Source: an uncultured delta proteobacterium (lineage in GTDB: Bacteria > Desulfobacterota > RBG-13-43-22). Taken from it: a stretch of 64,000 bases of DNA. Positions within the stretch are counted from its first letter, which is position 1. Each line of letters opens with the position of its first letter. Positions 38,050-49,180 of this stretch are shown in pieces. The stretch lies in the NCBI GenBank assembly GCA_963743305.1, contig CAVUPH010000013.1, positions 128,001-192,000 on the forward strand, read 5' to 3'. The translations under genes were made by a program, and so were the position numbers. The notes under the pieces are model-generated. The model was not told where the DNA came from, did no database searches, and saw only the letters and a list, made by a program, of their open reading frames with translations.

Positions 38050-38190
38050 GATTGAATAGGGTACTCGTCGATTCGTTTATTTGGCGCCCAAGCCATCAAT
38101 GGGCAGTCGAGTTAAAATAATGCATCGATCAAAAAAAACAACCCTTTTATCTAAGTTTCCAATTCGGGTCAATCCCATTTATTCATTTGA

Positions 38191-39896
<1,706 letters not shown>

Positions 39897-39899
39897 GGT

Positions 39900-40118
39900 T
39901 TAACCCAACCGCTCACTTTTGAGCGTCTTCAGTCGATTCTGGATTTTCTGCACCAAGGCTTTAAGGTCGAGTTGCATGCCGGACAAATCCTGATGGCGTC
40001 TATCCGCTACCCGTTGGATTTCTCCCAGCCAATATTGGACCACTTCCATTTCTTTTTTGGCCAATTCCTCCTGGACCCGCTGATTCATCTGGCGGATCAA
40101 CGCAACGTCTAACGGCAT
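39900..40118 (-). CDS. Small helical hypothetical protein upstream of queD
   Basis: 72-aa ORF with GGAGG RBS, 3 bp from queD. Confidence 0.65.
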   Translation of the reverse strand: MPLDVALIRQMNQRVQEELAKKEMEVVQYWLGEIQRVADRRHQDLSGMQLDLKALVQKIQNRLKTLKSERLG

Positions 40119-40280
40119 AGGGCCCCTCCCGGCAATAGATTTTAAATGGCCTTTTAATACCTGTATGTTACCGTTAGAGAGCGTTTCCTGTCAACCGGCC
40201 ATTTAACCTCTCCCGTCGGAAAGGTTCTAACTTAAAGGGTTGACAGAGGAAATAAGAAAGGTTAAGGTGAAAGGCTAATT

Positions 40281-41954
40281 ATGAATACTAAAATTTTAAA
40301 AACCGGGTTGATTTTTCTTTTGGGGCTTTGTTTTTTTTGTCCACTGACCGTTTTCGGGGCGGCTGAAACCGCTAAAGTGGCTCTTCTGCCCTTGACCATC
40401 AACGCCCCCGACCGCCTGGACTACCTGCGCCAGGGCCTTCAGGACATCATGGCCTCCCGGATAGCCTGGGAGGGGAAAGTGCTGGTGCTGGATAAGACGC
40501 TGGTGCAGAAGGCCTTGAACAAGGTCCCGGGGTCAATCGATGAATCTCGGGCTTTGGAAATCGGTAAAAATCTGGGGGCGGATTACGTGATTTTCGGGAG
40601 CCTGACCATGGCCGGCACCGGTGTCAGCATTGATCTGCGGGTGGCCGCCCTGAACAAAAAACAGGCGGGAGAAAAATTCTTTACCCAGACCAAGGGAGTG
40701 GACGAAGTCATTCCCCGAATAAACGACTTGATCGAAGACCTCAATGAAAAGGTCTTTGAGCGGCCCCGAACCCCAGCGGCGGCCGTCAAAGGTCCGATTG
40801 AGCTGCGGTCGACCGCCGCCGGGGAGAAAGCGCCCATTGCCTTAAAGGATTTCACCTTGAAACCCCTGTCCCCTAAGATCAACATGAACGCCGGCGGTTT
40901 CGATCTGGCCGGTATCTGGCGGAGCAGCCTACTGCCATACGCCATGCGGGATTTGGCCTTTGGCGATTTCGACGGGGACGGCAATCTAGAAACGGTGGTC
41001 ATCAGTCAGAAAGCCGTTTATATCTACCGCTTCAAGGATGAAAAGTTCGAGTTGCTCAAGGAAATCAAGGGGGAGCGGAATGATAACTATGTCGGCGTGG
41101 ATGTGGCGGATATCAAAGGTGCCGGAAGGCCCCAGATTTTCGTCAGCAACTTCCGTGAAGACGGTGATCGGTCACTGGTGGTCTCCTGGGACCAGGGCAA
41201 TTATGCGGTCATCGCCGAAAAAATACCCTACCTTTTTCGGGTTCATCGTCTGCCGGGACGGGGCCAGGTTTTGTTGGGGCAGCAGCGGTGGGGGGAATGG
41301 GCCTTGGGCGGACCCATCAAGATCCTTTCCTGGAAAGATAACCGCTATACCCCGACGGAAGTCTTGAAATTTCCCGAGGGAATAAACATTTACAATTTTA
41401 CCGTGGTGGATTTGAACGGGGACGGTTCTCCGGAAACTATCTATTTGAATGATAAGAATCAATTGGTCATACTGTCCGATAAAGGGAAAGTGGAATACAC
41501 CAGCGCCGCCCATTACGGGGGCACCGTAAATATGATTACCTCGAAGCAATTTACCACCGTCGATGTAGTCAGTGGGACCATCATGAGTGATCGGGTCGGG
41601 CGGACCTATTTGCCGGCTCGACTGGTGGTGGTCCCGGGTTTGACTCCGGGTAAAATGGAGATTATCGTCAATAAGAATAAAGATTCCCTTTGGAATGTTA
41701 TCGACCGCTTTGAGTCTTTTACCAGCGGGGTGATTTATTCACTCACTTGGGACGGGACAAATGTCAAAGAAGGTTGGCGGACCATGACCATCAATGACTA
41801 CGTGGCCACTTACGGGGTGGAAGACTTCAAGAACAACCGCCAAAGACAGTTGGTCGTGGGCGTCGTTCAATCCCAAGGGTTTCTTTTATTGTCCAGCGGG
41901 CGCAGCCTGCTGTATTGCTATGATTTAGGGTTGTTTAAGCCCGAACAAAAATAA
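40281..41954 (+). CDS. Exported FG-GAP/VCBS repeat protein with TolB-N/CsgG-like N-terminal domain
   Basis: Signal peptide, LGADYVIFGS, GDFDGDGNLE, DLNGDGSPE. Confidence 0.8.
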   Translation: MNTKILKTGLIFLLGLCFFCPLTVFGAAETAKVALLPLTINAPDRLDYLRQGLQDIMASRIAWEGKVLVLDKTLVQKALNKVPGSIDESRALEIGKNLGADYVIFGSLTMAGTGVSIDLRVAALNKKQAGEKFFTQTKGVDEVIPRINDLIEDLNEKVFERPRTPAAAVKGPIELRSTAAGEKAPIALKDFTLKPLSPKINMNAGGFDLAGIWRSSLLPYAMRDLAFGDFDGDGNLETVVISQKAVYIYRFKDEKFELLKEIKGERNDNYVGVDVADIKGAGRPQIFVSNFREDGDRSLVVSWDQGNYAVIAEKIPYLFRVHRLPGRGQVLLGQQRWGEWALGGPIKILSWKDNRYTPTEVLKFPEGINIYNFTVVDLNGDGSPETIYLNDKNQLVILSDKGKVEYTSAAHYGGTVNMITSKQFTTVDVVSGTIMSDRVGRTYLPARLVVVPGLTPGKMEIIVNKNKDSLWNVIDRFESFTSGVIYSLTWDGTNVKEGWRTMTINDYVATYGVEDFKNNRQRQLVVGVVQSQGFLLLSSGRSLLYCYDLGLFKPEQK

Positions 41955-41958
41955 TTTC

Positions 41959-42035
41959 GGCGGTGTAGCTCAGGTGGTCAGAGCATGCGGCTCATATCCG
42001 CAGTGTCCGGGGTTCAAATCCCTGCACCGCCACCA
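41959..42035 (+). tRNA. tRNA with CAT anticodon, most likely elongator tRNA-Met
   Basis: GGCGGTG/CACCGCC acceptor (G1-C72 paired, so not initiator), TGCGG-CTCATAT-CCGCA, GTTCAAATC, CCA. Confidence 0.9.
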
Positions 42036-42231
42036 AATTTCAGAAAAGCCGATTTTGGGTTTGATCCCGGGAGCGGCTTAATCTCAGTTTTAAGAGACTT
42101 TGATGATGCAGATATTTTTTTCTTGTTTTTATTTTTACTTTTATTCCGGCGTCTGCCCGGATTAAGGGAGACTGGAACCTCTTCTCCAGTAAAACCTGAC
42201 CGGGACAGAGGCCGAAAGCGGCTGCCCCGGG

Positions 42232-42263
42232 AAAAAGCCCTGGGCCCCCTCAGGGCTTTTTTT
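42232..42263 (+). terminator. Intrinsic terminator about 40 bp upstream of the GNAT gene
   Basis: AAAAAGCCCTG-GGCCCCCT-CAGGGCTTTTTTT. Confidence 0.75.
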
Positions 42264-42302
42264 GTTTGACGAACAACTTTTTTACTTGATGGTGATTAGG
42301 TT

Positions 42303-43898
42303 ATGCCTGTTAATGCTCCCTATACCCAAACCGGTCAGATCGCCAGGAAGTTTCAGCAGGCCGGTTTGGGACTGAAAGAGATGCTGTCCTTAATCGAGAT
42401 GACCTGGGAGGATAACCCCCAGGAATCTCCGCTGCTCCCTTCCAGTCAGGTCTTCGCGGATTTGGACCAACTGATCCGTCACACCGCCCAAGGCAGCCGG
42501 ATCAAGCGGTTTCGGGCGGTTGACCGGAAGCATCCCTTTCAGGCCTTCGAGGTCTATACGCGGGAAGGGGAGATTTTGGGGTACCTGAATATGCTTTACT
42601 TCCGGAAACCGGTTCCCTGTTATTACCTGGTTTACGTGGAAATCGACCATCCTTTCCGGGGTCAGGGCCTGGGAGGTCGGATCGTTGAAGCCTTCAAGGA
42701 GCTGGTGGAGAGCAAGGGCGCTCTGGGTTTACTCGACAACATCATTCCTCCCGATGATCCTACCTTTGATCTCTACACCAAGTTGGGCTGGAAACCCGTG
42801 GAGGCCTTTACCGGGACGATGGTGGGTCAACCCTCGGGACACTATCTGTTCTATCGTCCCGCTTCGATGAAGGTCAACAATCTGACCGAAAAACTGCCCA
42901 AGCTGCTTTTCAATCTCCAGAAGAAACGGCCGGTCATTGAGATGCGGGATAATGAGGAGATGGTCAAAAGGACCATTCGGGAATTCAACCAGATCTACCT
43001 GGCTTTGGAAAAACTGTTTCAGGAGGAACTTCGCCAAGGCCAGAGTACCCCCTTGATGCGATTTATGTTTACCAAATTCACCACCCGATTTTTGCATTTT
43101 CGCCGAAAAATTCAGGACCTGCTGGGCTATACGGGGGGTGAGTCTCTGGAGCAAATTGCTTTTTCCGATTCGGTCAAAGGGTTGGTCATCCAGGCGTACA
43201 GTTTTAACTGGGAACCGGGTCTTACGGTCAAGTCTTTTACCGAAGCGTCTCTCTGGAACAGGCTCCCGGAAGAGATTCGAAAAAATCCCACCCGGGCCAT
43301 CGAAGGACTTCCCTTGTACTGCCGGCCGTACCTGCGGGAATGGCTTCGAAAAACAGGCCGAAAGGAACCTCTGACCCTGACCATCGGCGATTTGCTGGAC
43401 CTGGGTTTTGACCCCACCCGACTTCGGGAAATCGTCCTCCAGGAAGAAGTTTTCATGTTGGAAAGAGTCACGCCGTTGTTGTTCGCTGAAACCGAGGCTC
43501 GGGAGGCCGTCTTGAGAAAGGCGGGTCAGAAGGCCTCAAACTCCCGGATCCATGGTTCGCGGCTGCTGGTCAATCCCCCCCTGTTATGGATTAAGGAGCG
43601 GGGCAACGGCTATATTCTCAGAAAAAAGATTCCGGGTATCCACGCCGAAGAGGCCTTGTCGCAACTGCGAAGTCGGGAAGCCTTAAAAGATCTGAACCGG
43701 CAATTGCGGGTGGATAAAACCATTGAGCGGACCATCGGCGCGGTTCAGGACTTTTTAAAGTCCCACCTCCGGCTACCGGCCCTTTTGGCCCCGGCCGATT
43801 TAGCGGTTTTTGTCCCCTGGGATTTGCAGAGTAATCGACCGCTGGTCGCGATCGATGACCGGCTGCAGCCCTACCTGGAACAAGTCTGGCTGGCATGA
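42303..43898 (+). CDS. Large GNAT-domain protein with uncharacterised C-terminal region
   Basis: Motif A VEIDHPFRGQGLG and LYTKLGW within the first ~165 aa. Confidence 0.75.
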   Translation: MPVNAPYTQTGQIARKFQQAGLGLKEMLSLIEMTWEDNPQESPLLPSSQVFADLDQLIRHTAQGSRIKRFRAVDRKHPFQAFEVYTREGEILGYLNMLYFRKPVPCYYLVYVEIDHPFRGQGLGGRIVEAFKELVESKGALGLLDNIIPPDDPTFDLYTKLGWKPVEAFTGTMVGQPSGHYLFYRPASMKVNNLTEKLPKLLFNLQKKRPVIEMRDNEEMVKRTIREFNQIYLALEKLFQEELRQGQSTPLMRFMFTKFTTRFLHFRRKIQDLLGYTGGESLEQIAFSDSVKGLVIQAYSFNWEPGLTVKSFTEASLWNRLPEEIRKNPTRAIEGLPLYCRPYLREWLRKTGRKEPLTLTIGDLLDLGFDPTRLREIVLQEEVFMLERVTPLLFAETEAREAVLRKAGQKASNSRIHGSRLLVNPPLLWIKERGNGYILRKKIPGIHAEEALSQLRSREALKDLNRQLRVDKTIERTIGAVQDFLKSHLRLPALLAPADLAVFVPWDLQSNRPLVAIDDRLQPYLEQVWLA

Positions 43899-43991
43899 GA
43901 TCAATGATTAAAAATCAATTGTCAATTATTAGCGGTGTTCAATTCAATCTTCGTATTAAACGCCCAAGAAGAAAGCAGTCCTTAAAATGGC

Positions 43992-44020
43992 TTGACAGTC
44001 GAAGAGGGGTTTATTAGTAT
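43992..44020 (+). promoter_or_regulatory. Sigma70 promoter of tadA-tRNA-Ser-dnaX
   Basis: TTGACA-17-TAGTAT. Confidence 0.65.
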
Positions 44021-44063
44021 AAAAAATTTACAAATTAAGCCGTCGCGGGAGAAGGCTGAGGGG

Positions 44064-44531
44064 TTGGGATCCGAGGGCCGGTGGTTCTGGGAACGTCTGA
44101 TGGGCGAGGCCCTGGATCAGGCTCGGGAGGCTGCCCGGCTGGAGGAAGTCCCGATAGGCGCCATCCTGGTAGGCAACGGAGGTGAACGGCTGGCCGCCGC
44201 TTCCAATCATCCCCGGGGACTGGCGGACCCCACGGCCCACGCTGAGATAATCGTTTTGCGCCGAGCGGCCCGGGAACTTGATAATTACCGGCTTCCCGGG
44301 ACCACTTTAGTCGTAACGGTTGAACCCTGTCTGATGTGTGCCGGGGCCCTGATTCAGGCCCGGGTAGCCCGGATCGTTTTTGGGGCCTTTGATCCGAAAG
44401 CCGGGGCCTTGGGTTCTTTGTATGATCTATCCTTGGATCAGCGGTTAAATCATCGCCTGGAGGTGATCCCGGGAATTCGGGAAGCCGAGTGTCGTGAGCT
44501 GATTCAGGGTTTTTTTAAGACGCGAAGATAA
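44064..44531 (+). CDS. tadA: tRNA adenosine(34) deaminase
   Basis: EVPIGA, HAE, EPCLMC; start revised to TTG 44064. Confidence 0.92.
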   Translation: MGSEGRWFWERLMGEALDQAREAARLEEVPIGAILVGNGGERLAAASNHPRGLADPTAHAEIIVLRRAARELDNYRLPGTTLVVTVEPCLMCAGALIQARVARIVFGAFDPKAGALGSLYDLSLDQRLNHRLEVIPGIREAECRELIQGFFKTRR

Positions 44532-44536
44532 AAACC

Positions 44537-44630
<94 letters not shown>

Positions 44631-44666
44631 AAATAGCCGAAAATGTTTTGTTAGTTTCAATCGAAC

Positions 44667-44760
44667 GGAGAGATGCCCGAGCTGGCTGAAGGGGCACGAC
44701 TGGAAATCGTGTGTACGCCCAAAAGGTGTACCGAGGGTTCGAATCCCTCTCTCTCCGCCA
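44667..44760 (+). tRNA. tRNA-Ser(GGA)
   Basis: GGAGAGA/TCTCTCC, CACGA-CTGGAAA-TCGTG, long variable arm, GCCA end. Confidence 0.95.
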
Positions 44761-44775
44761 ACCAAATTTACTAAA

Positions 44776-44824
44776 ATAATTGATAATTGATAATTAACAA
44801 TTAACGGTTAATTGTTAATTATTA
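44776..44824. repeat. AT-rich heptamer array forming a palindrome
   Basis: ATAATTG ATAATTG ATAATTA ACAATTA ACGGTTA ATTGTTA ATTATTA; 16-bp arms ATAATTAACAATTAAC/GTTAATTGTTAATTAT. Confidence 0.65.
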
Positions 44825-44876
44825 AAAGCATGACCCGGAAACCTCCCTTTCATCCCTTTTTTCTATCGGATTCACC

Positions 44877-46586
44877 ATGTCTTATCTGGTCTTAGCTCGG
44901 AAATTCCGCCCCCAGGTTTTCGAAGAGGTCATCGGGCAGCCTCATGTAACCCGGACGCTGCAGAATGCCCTCAAAACCGGCCGAGTGGCCCATGCCTATT
45001 TGTTCAGCGGACCCCGGGGGGTGGGCAAAACCTCGGTGGCCCGTATTCTAGCTAAAGCCTTAAACTGCCAGGAAGGGCCGGGCCCCAATCCCTGCAACCA
45101 CTGCCCTTCCTGCCGGGAAATCACCCAGGGGGGCAACCTGGATGTTTTTGAAATTGATGGGGCCTCCAACCGGGGGATTGACGATATCCGGGAATTGCGA
45201 GAAAATATTCGTTACTTGCCGGCCCGGGGGCGCTATAAAATCTATATTGTCGATGAAGTGCACATGCTGACCAAGGAGGCCTTTAACGCGCTGCTAAAAA
45301 CGCTGGAGGAACCTCCCGATCAGGCAATATTTATTTTCGCCACCACCGAACTCAACAATGTCCCGCTGACTATTTATTCCCGCTGTCAGTCTTTTCATTT
45401 TCGCCGTATTTCTCCGGAAGCCATGGTTAAGCATTTGGTCCGGCTGGTGGAGCAAGAGCAGATTGCCTATCGGGAAGAGGCCCTGCGCCTGATTGCCCGT
45501 CAGGCCGAGGGCAGCATCCGGGATTCGTTGAGCCTGCTGGATCAAATTCTTTCTTTCTCACCGGGGGAGATCAACGAGGCGATCATCCAGGAGATTCTGG
45601 GCCTGGTGGATCGGCGTCTGCTCCTGGACCTGGGCCAGGCTGTTCTCGGCGGGGATCTGAAAAAGATCATGGCCTTGGTGGGTGAGGTCTACGAATACGG
45701 CTATGACCTGAAAGTCTTTTTCAAGGACCTGGTGGACGTTTTTCGCAACCTGCTTTTGGTCAAAATGGGGCAGGAAGAGGGGCCGCTCTTGGATCTTTCC
45801 ACCGGGGAAATCGGCGAGTTAAAGGACTTGAGTGCCCCGGTTTCCCTGGATTATCTTCAAGACGGCCTGCATTTTCTAATCCAGTCGGAGGGCGAATTGC
45901 GGAAAACCGGGCAGCCCCGTTTGGCCCTGGAGATGATTCTGTTGCGTCTGGCCCGGTTGCAAGAAGTGATCCCCATCGATGCGCTGCTTCAGAAGCTCGA
46001 GCAATTGGAGCAGGGAACTCGGGGAGGGGAATCGCCGGGTTTTAATTCTCCTGAGAGGCCGGCCGCCGATTCATCACTCAGAGAGGAACGACAGGAATAT
46101 CGCCAACCCCAACGCCAGGACGCCGCCCAAAGGCCGCCCATTTTAGAGGCCCCGGTTTCCGCCCCGCCCGAGCCTGATCCGGGTCCCGGCCTCCGGGCCG
46201 GCGGAATAAACCCGGAACGTCTGCTGGAGCATATCCGCAGGGAAAATTTACCCTTGGCAACTTATTTAGCCCAGGGAAAACTTCGAATCCTTGAAGACCA
46301 GACCCTGGAATGGGACTTTGAGGACAATGCCTTTCATTTGGAATTGATGGAAGGGAATGGAAACAAAAAGCGGCTGGAAGAAATATGTCAGGCCTTTTGC
46401 GGTAAGAAGGTCAGGATTCGCCTGCTGGGGCGGGCTAAAAACGCTCTCAAAGGAAAACAATCGACACCGACCCAGCAGACCCAAAAAAAACGGAAGGTGA
46501 TCAAGGAAACCCTGGAACAACCCCCGATCCGCGATATCCTGGATATATTTCAAGCCGAAGTGATTGACGTCAAGATCCCCGATTAG
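44877..46586 (+). CDS. dnaX: DNA polymerase III subunit gamma/tau
   Basis: YLVLARKFRP, GPRGVGKT, DEVHML, SRC. Confidence 0.96.
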   Translation: MSYLVLARKFRPQVFEEVIGQPHVTRTLQNALKTGRVAHAYLFSGPRGVGKTSVARILAKALNCQEGPGPNPCNHCPSCREITQGGNLDVFEIDGASNRGIDDIRELRENIRYLPARGRYKIYIVDEVHMLTKEAFNALLKTLEEPPDQAIFIFATTELNNVPLTIYSRCQSFHFRRISPEAMVKHLVRLVEQEQIAYREEALRLIARQAEGSIRDSLSLLDQILSFSPGEINEAIIQEILGLVDRRLLLDLGQAVLGGDLKKIMALVGEVYEYGYDLKVFFKDLVDVFRNLLLVKMGQEEGPLLDLSTGEIGELKDLSAPVSLDYLQDGLHFLIQSEGELRKTGQPRLALEMILLRLARLQEVIPIDALLQKLEQLEQGTRGGESPGFNSPERPAADSSLREERQEYRQPQRQDAAQRPPILEAPVSAPPEPDPGPGLRAGGINPERLLEHIRRENLPLATYLAQGKLRILEDQTLEWDFEDNAFHLELMEGNGNKKRLEEICQAFCGKKVRIRLLGRAKNALKGKQSTPTQQTQKKRKVIKETLEQPPIRDILDIFQAEVIDVKIPD

Positions 46587-46641
46587 ATTTTTACATCCAT
46601 TGTTCTGAGAATTGGTCTTTAACAATGGATGTAAAAATCTA
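46584..46641. terminator. Perfect 21-bp-arm hairpin directly after dnaX (possible bidirectional terminator)
   Basis: TAGATTTTTACATCCATTGTT...AACAATGGATGTAAAAATCTA between convergent genes. Confidence 0.6.
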
Positions 46642-46690
46642 ATATAAAAAAACTATTTTCTTGTTAGTTTTTCCCCTCTCCTTTCCCCTG

Positions 46691-47404
46691 TCAAACGTTC
46701 TCAGTCTCCAGATAAGGGATCAATCGTTTTTTCATGTCTTCGCGAAGTTTCCGAAAAAGGCTTTTCCAGCCGACGCCGAAGGTGGACAAGGTCAGGGGAT
46801 CGGTGTAGGGCAGGTGGACCCGGTTGCCGTAAGCCGGATAAAAGGCACACATCCGGTCGGCATCGGAGCAAAGGGTGATGACCCGATCAAAGGTCAAGCC
46901 GGTAAAGAGATCCAGATGTTTGGTAGGCTGCCGGGCGGCATCGATCCCGATTTCCTTCAAGGCCTTGACGACCAGGGGACTGATTCCGGCCGGCAAAAAT
47001 CCAGCGGAAAAGGCGGCCCAGCGGCCCTTAAGAAAATGATTGACCAGGGCCTCGGCCATCTGGGAACGCACCGCATTGCCGGTGCAAATGAAAAGGACTG
47101 TTTTCAGTCCGGCGGCCTGGGCGATTTTAAATTTCAGTAGTTGCCCATCCGGTACCCCGGTCCCGGTTTTATAAATCCGACAGCCGGAGGCGACGGTTCG
47201 GGCGCTTTCCGGTTCCAGATCCTGGCCATCAAGGCGAATGGTCGGCGATCCGGGGAAAGCCTCTGCTTCGGCCTGGCCCGGGTCGGATACCTCTATTTCT
47301 CTGGGGGACAGGTTCAATCCCAGGGAATGAAGTATTTCCCGAAGGAGATCCCGGACCTTTTGCAGGTTCGGACAGCCCGGGGTGTAGAGCAGTTCCAGAC
47401 GCAT
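46691..47404 (-). CDS. arsC: Fusion of a thioredoxin-like domain and an LMW-PTP-fold arsenate reductase
   Basis: N-terminal GCPN...FPGSPTIRLDGQDL...GCRIY; C-terminal CTGNAVRSQMAE, TLCSDADRMC, DP. Confidence 0.7.
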   Translation of the reverse strand: MRLELLYTPGCPNLQKVRDLLREILHSLGLNLSPREIEVSDPGQAEAEAFPGSPTIRLDGQDLEPESARTVASGCRIYKTGTGVPDGQLLKFKIAQAAGLKTVLFICTGNAVRSQMAEALVNHFLKGRWAAFSAGFLPAGISPLVVKALKEIGIDAARQPTKHLDLFTGLTFDRVITLCSDADRMCAFYPAYGNRVHLPYTDPLTLSTFGVGWKSLFRKLREDMKKRLIPYLETENV

Positions 47405-47406
47405 AC

Positions 47407-48450
47407 CTACCTTTCCTTTGGCTTAAGAGGGCGGCCTGCTGACCGCCACCAGCTTATCCCTATCATTACTAGGGCCGCGCCTCCCAGGCTGTATTCAAAA
47501 ATCTGGGACAACAAGTGCATGGCAAAGGAAATAAATATCCCTTGCGAGGCCTCAATTCCCTGACCGGCTAGCACCCCCCCCAGGATTCCCTCATACAGCC
47601 CAAATCCGGCAACCCCGCTGACCGGCAGGCTGGCGGCCACCTCTGAGGCCATAATCCCTAACATCACTCCCAGGAAGGGCAGCGAGACAGGCACGGTCAG
47701 CAGGGCCTCCATGACTGCGTATAAAAGCAAATAAAGCAGGGTATATTTGATGGTCCTCAGGACTAAAGAAAGGCCCAACAGCGGCCAGAAGAGACGGGTT
47801 CGGCGCAGGGCCAGGAAAGAACGGCTGACCTTCATCAGTTCCTGGGCGATTTTCTCAGCCCAACTATGTTTTTTGGGGAAGGAAGTGCTCCGTAAATCAA
47901 TCCAACGGGACAAGCCTCGGAATAAGGGTTCCAGAAGGGCGATAACGAAAATCCCCCCCACCGTTATGACCATCCCCAGACCCCATAAGGCGGGATGGAC
48001 GGGGGCTCCCCTGCAGGCGTCCACCAGCAGGACGACGGCCATCAGAGGACCCAGGGTCAGCAGATCAAAGAGGGCGGCATAGGTGAAGGAAGAAAAACAG
48101 GAGGCGAAGTCAAGGGCAAAAACCCGGTTCAAAATAACCAGATAGGAAAGAGACCCGGTCCGGGCCGGCAGGAAATCCACCAGCATATTGCGAACCATGG
48201 TAACCAGGGTCATCTGGCCGAAGCCGGGGACTATAGAAGGCGCAGCCCCTTTGATGAGCAGATGGTAGCGCCAAGTCCTTAATAACAGACCGACTCCATA
48301 GAGGCCGACAAATATCTCTAATAGCTCTATCCTGATCCGGGTCAGGAGATTGAACCATTGCTCAGTGGTGTTCCGGGAAAGGATCAGGTAAAAGAGGAGG
48401 CCCGTGATGCCAAAGGACAGGGCCAGGAATAGCTTCTTCTTACCCATCAT
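47407..48450 (-). CDS. Lysylphosphatidylglycerol synthase TM-like (UPF0104) flippase domain protein
   Basis: LRTWRY, LPARTG, PVSGVAGFGLYE; multiple TM helices. Confidence 0.75.
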   Translation of the reverse strand: MMGKKKLFLALSFGITGLLFYLILSRNTTEQWFNLLTRIRIELLEIFVGLYGVGLLLRTWRYHLLIKGAAPSIVPGFGQMTLVTMVRNMLVDFLPARTGSLSYLVILNRVFALDFASCFSSFTYAALFDLLTLGPLMAVVLLVDACRGAPVHPALWGLGMVITVGGIFVIALLEPLFRGLSRWIDLRSTSFPKKHSWAEKIAQELMKVSRSFLALRRTRLFWPLLGLSLVLRTIKYTLLYLLLYAVMEALLTVPVSLPFLGVMLGIMASEVAASLPVSGVAGFGLYEGILGGVLAGQGIEASQGIFISFAMHLLSQIFEYSLGGAALVMIGISWWRSAGRPLKPKER

Positions 48451-48547
48451 CCGAGCTAAGGTAACATAGCCGGATGGAAATAACAATCAGAAACTATAGC
48501 GATCCCAATAGGTTAAATAAAGTTTAAAAAAATCTATTGATAGACTT

Positions 48548-48574
48548 TAAAGAAATCATTAATATTTCCGATAA
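48548..48574 (+). promoter_or_regulatory. Sigma28 promoter for the lipoprotein gene
   Basis: TAAA-N15-TCCGATAA, 23 bp upstream of ATG 48598. Confidence 0.7.
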
Positions 48575-48597
48575 TTTTTTTTGGGAGATCAGTAGAC

Positions 48598-49174
48598 ATG
48601 AAAAGATTATGGTGTCTGGTGGGTATTTTGACTTGCTTCACCCTTTCCTGCAGCAGCAGCGGGAGCAGCAGCGGGAGCGGGGGGAATATTATGGGCAGCA
48701 GCACAACCTATAAAAAGGAAGACTTGGCCGGGACCTGGAATTACCTGGCGAGACAGCAGGGAGGTTCGAACAGTTGCAGCGGCACGATGACCTTCGATCA
48801 GAATCTCCACCTGACCGGAATCAGCAACAGTTGCTGCACTAGGGGTCAGATGATTAGCAGCGATATGGAATTTTGGATCTGGGACTATGGGTTCGTCAAG
48901 GGGCGCAATTACGCCTGGTGTTCCGATCCGAGCATGCTCATGAAGTATGCCATGAACTTCCAGGGGTTGGATAAAAGAAGACCTCGCCGGGTTGCTGGAT
49001 GTCCATGTAAGCCATCAGGACGGCGACCCCTATACCCGTTTTGATATCACCATGACCAGCCAGGCTCCGGTACCCGTAACTCCTCCCCCGATTGATCCGG
49101 GAATCAACCCCGCGCTACAAGGCAAAAAGCCGGTCCGGACAGCCGGTCTGTCGACGGTCCCTTCGAAAAAGTAG
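48598..49174 (+). pseudogene. Lipoprotein split by a +1 frameshift near 48975
   Basis: Lipobox TLSC, Ser/Gly linker, DLAGTW; after GLDK the plausible reading continues in the +1 frame (LAGLLDVHVSH...FDITMT, Pro-rich tail). Confidence 0.6.
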
Positions 49175-49180
49175 CGGAAG

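Noticed and set aside
41985-42269. 94-aa ORF
   Set aside because: It overlaps tRNA-Met and the structured leader
43992-44063. TTG start for tadA at 43992
   Set aside because: That TTG is part of the TTGACA -35 box
46691-47404. Selenocysteine recoding in the thioredoxin-like domain
   Set aside because: The redox positions are ordinary Cys codons with no in-frame TGA
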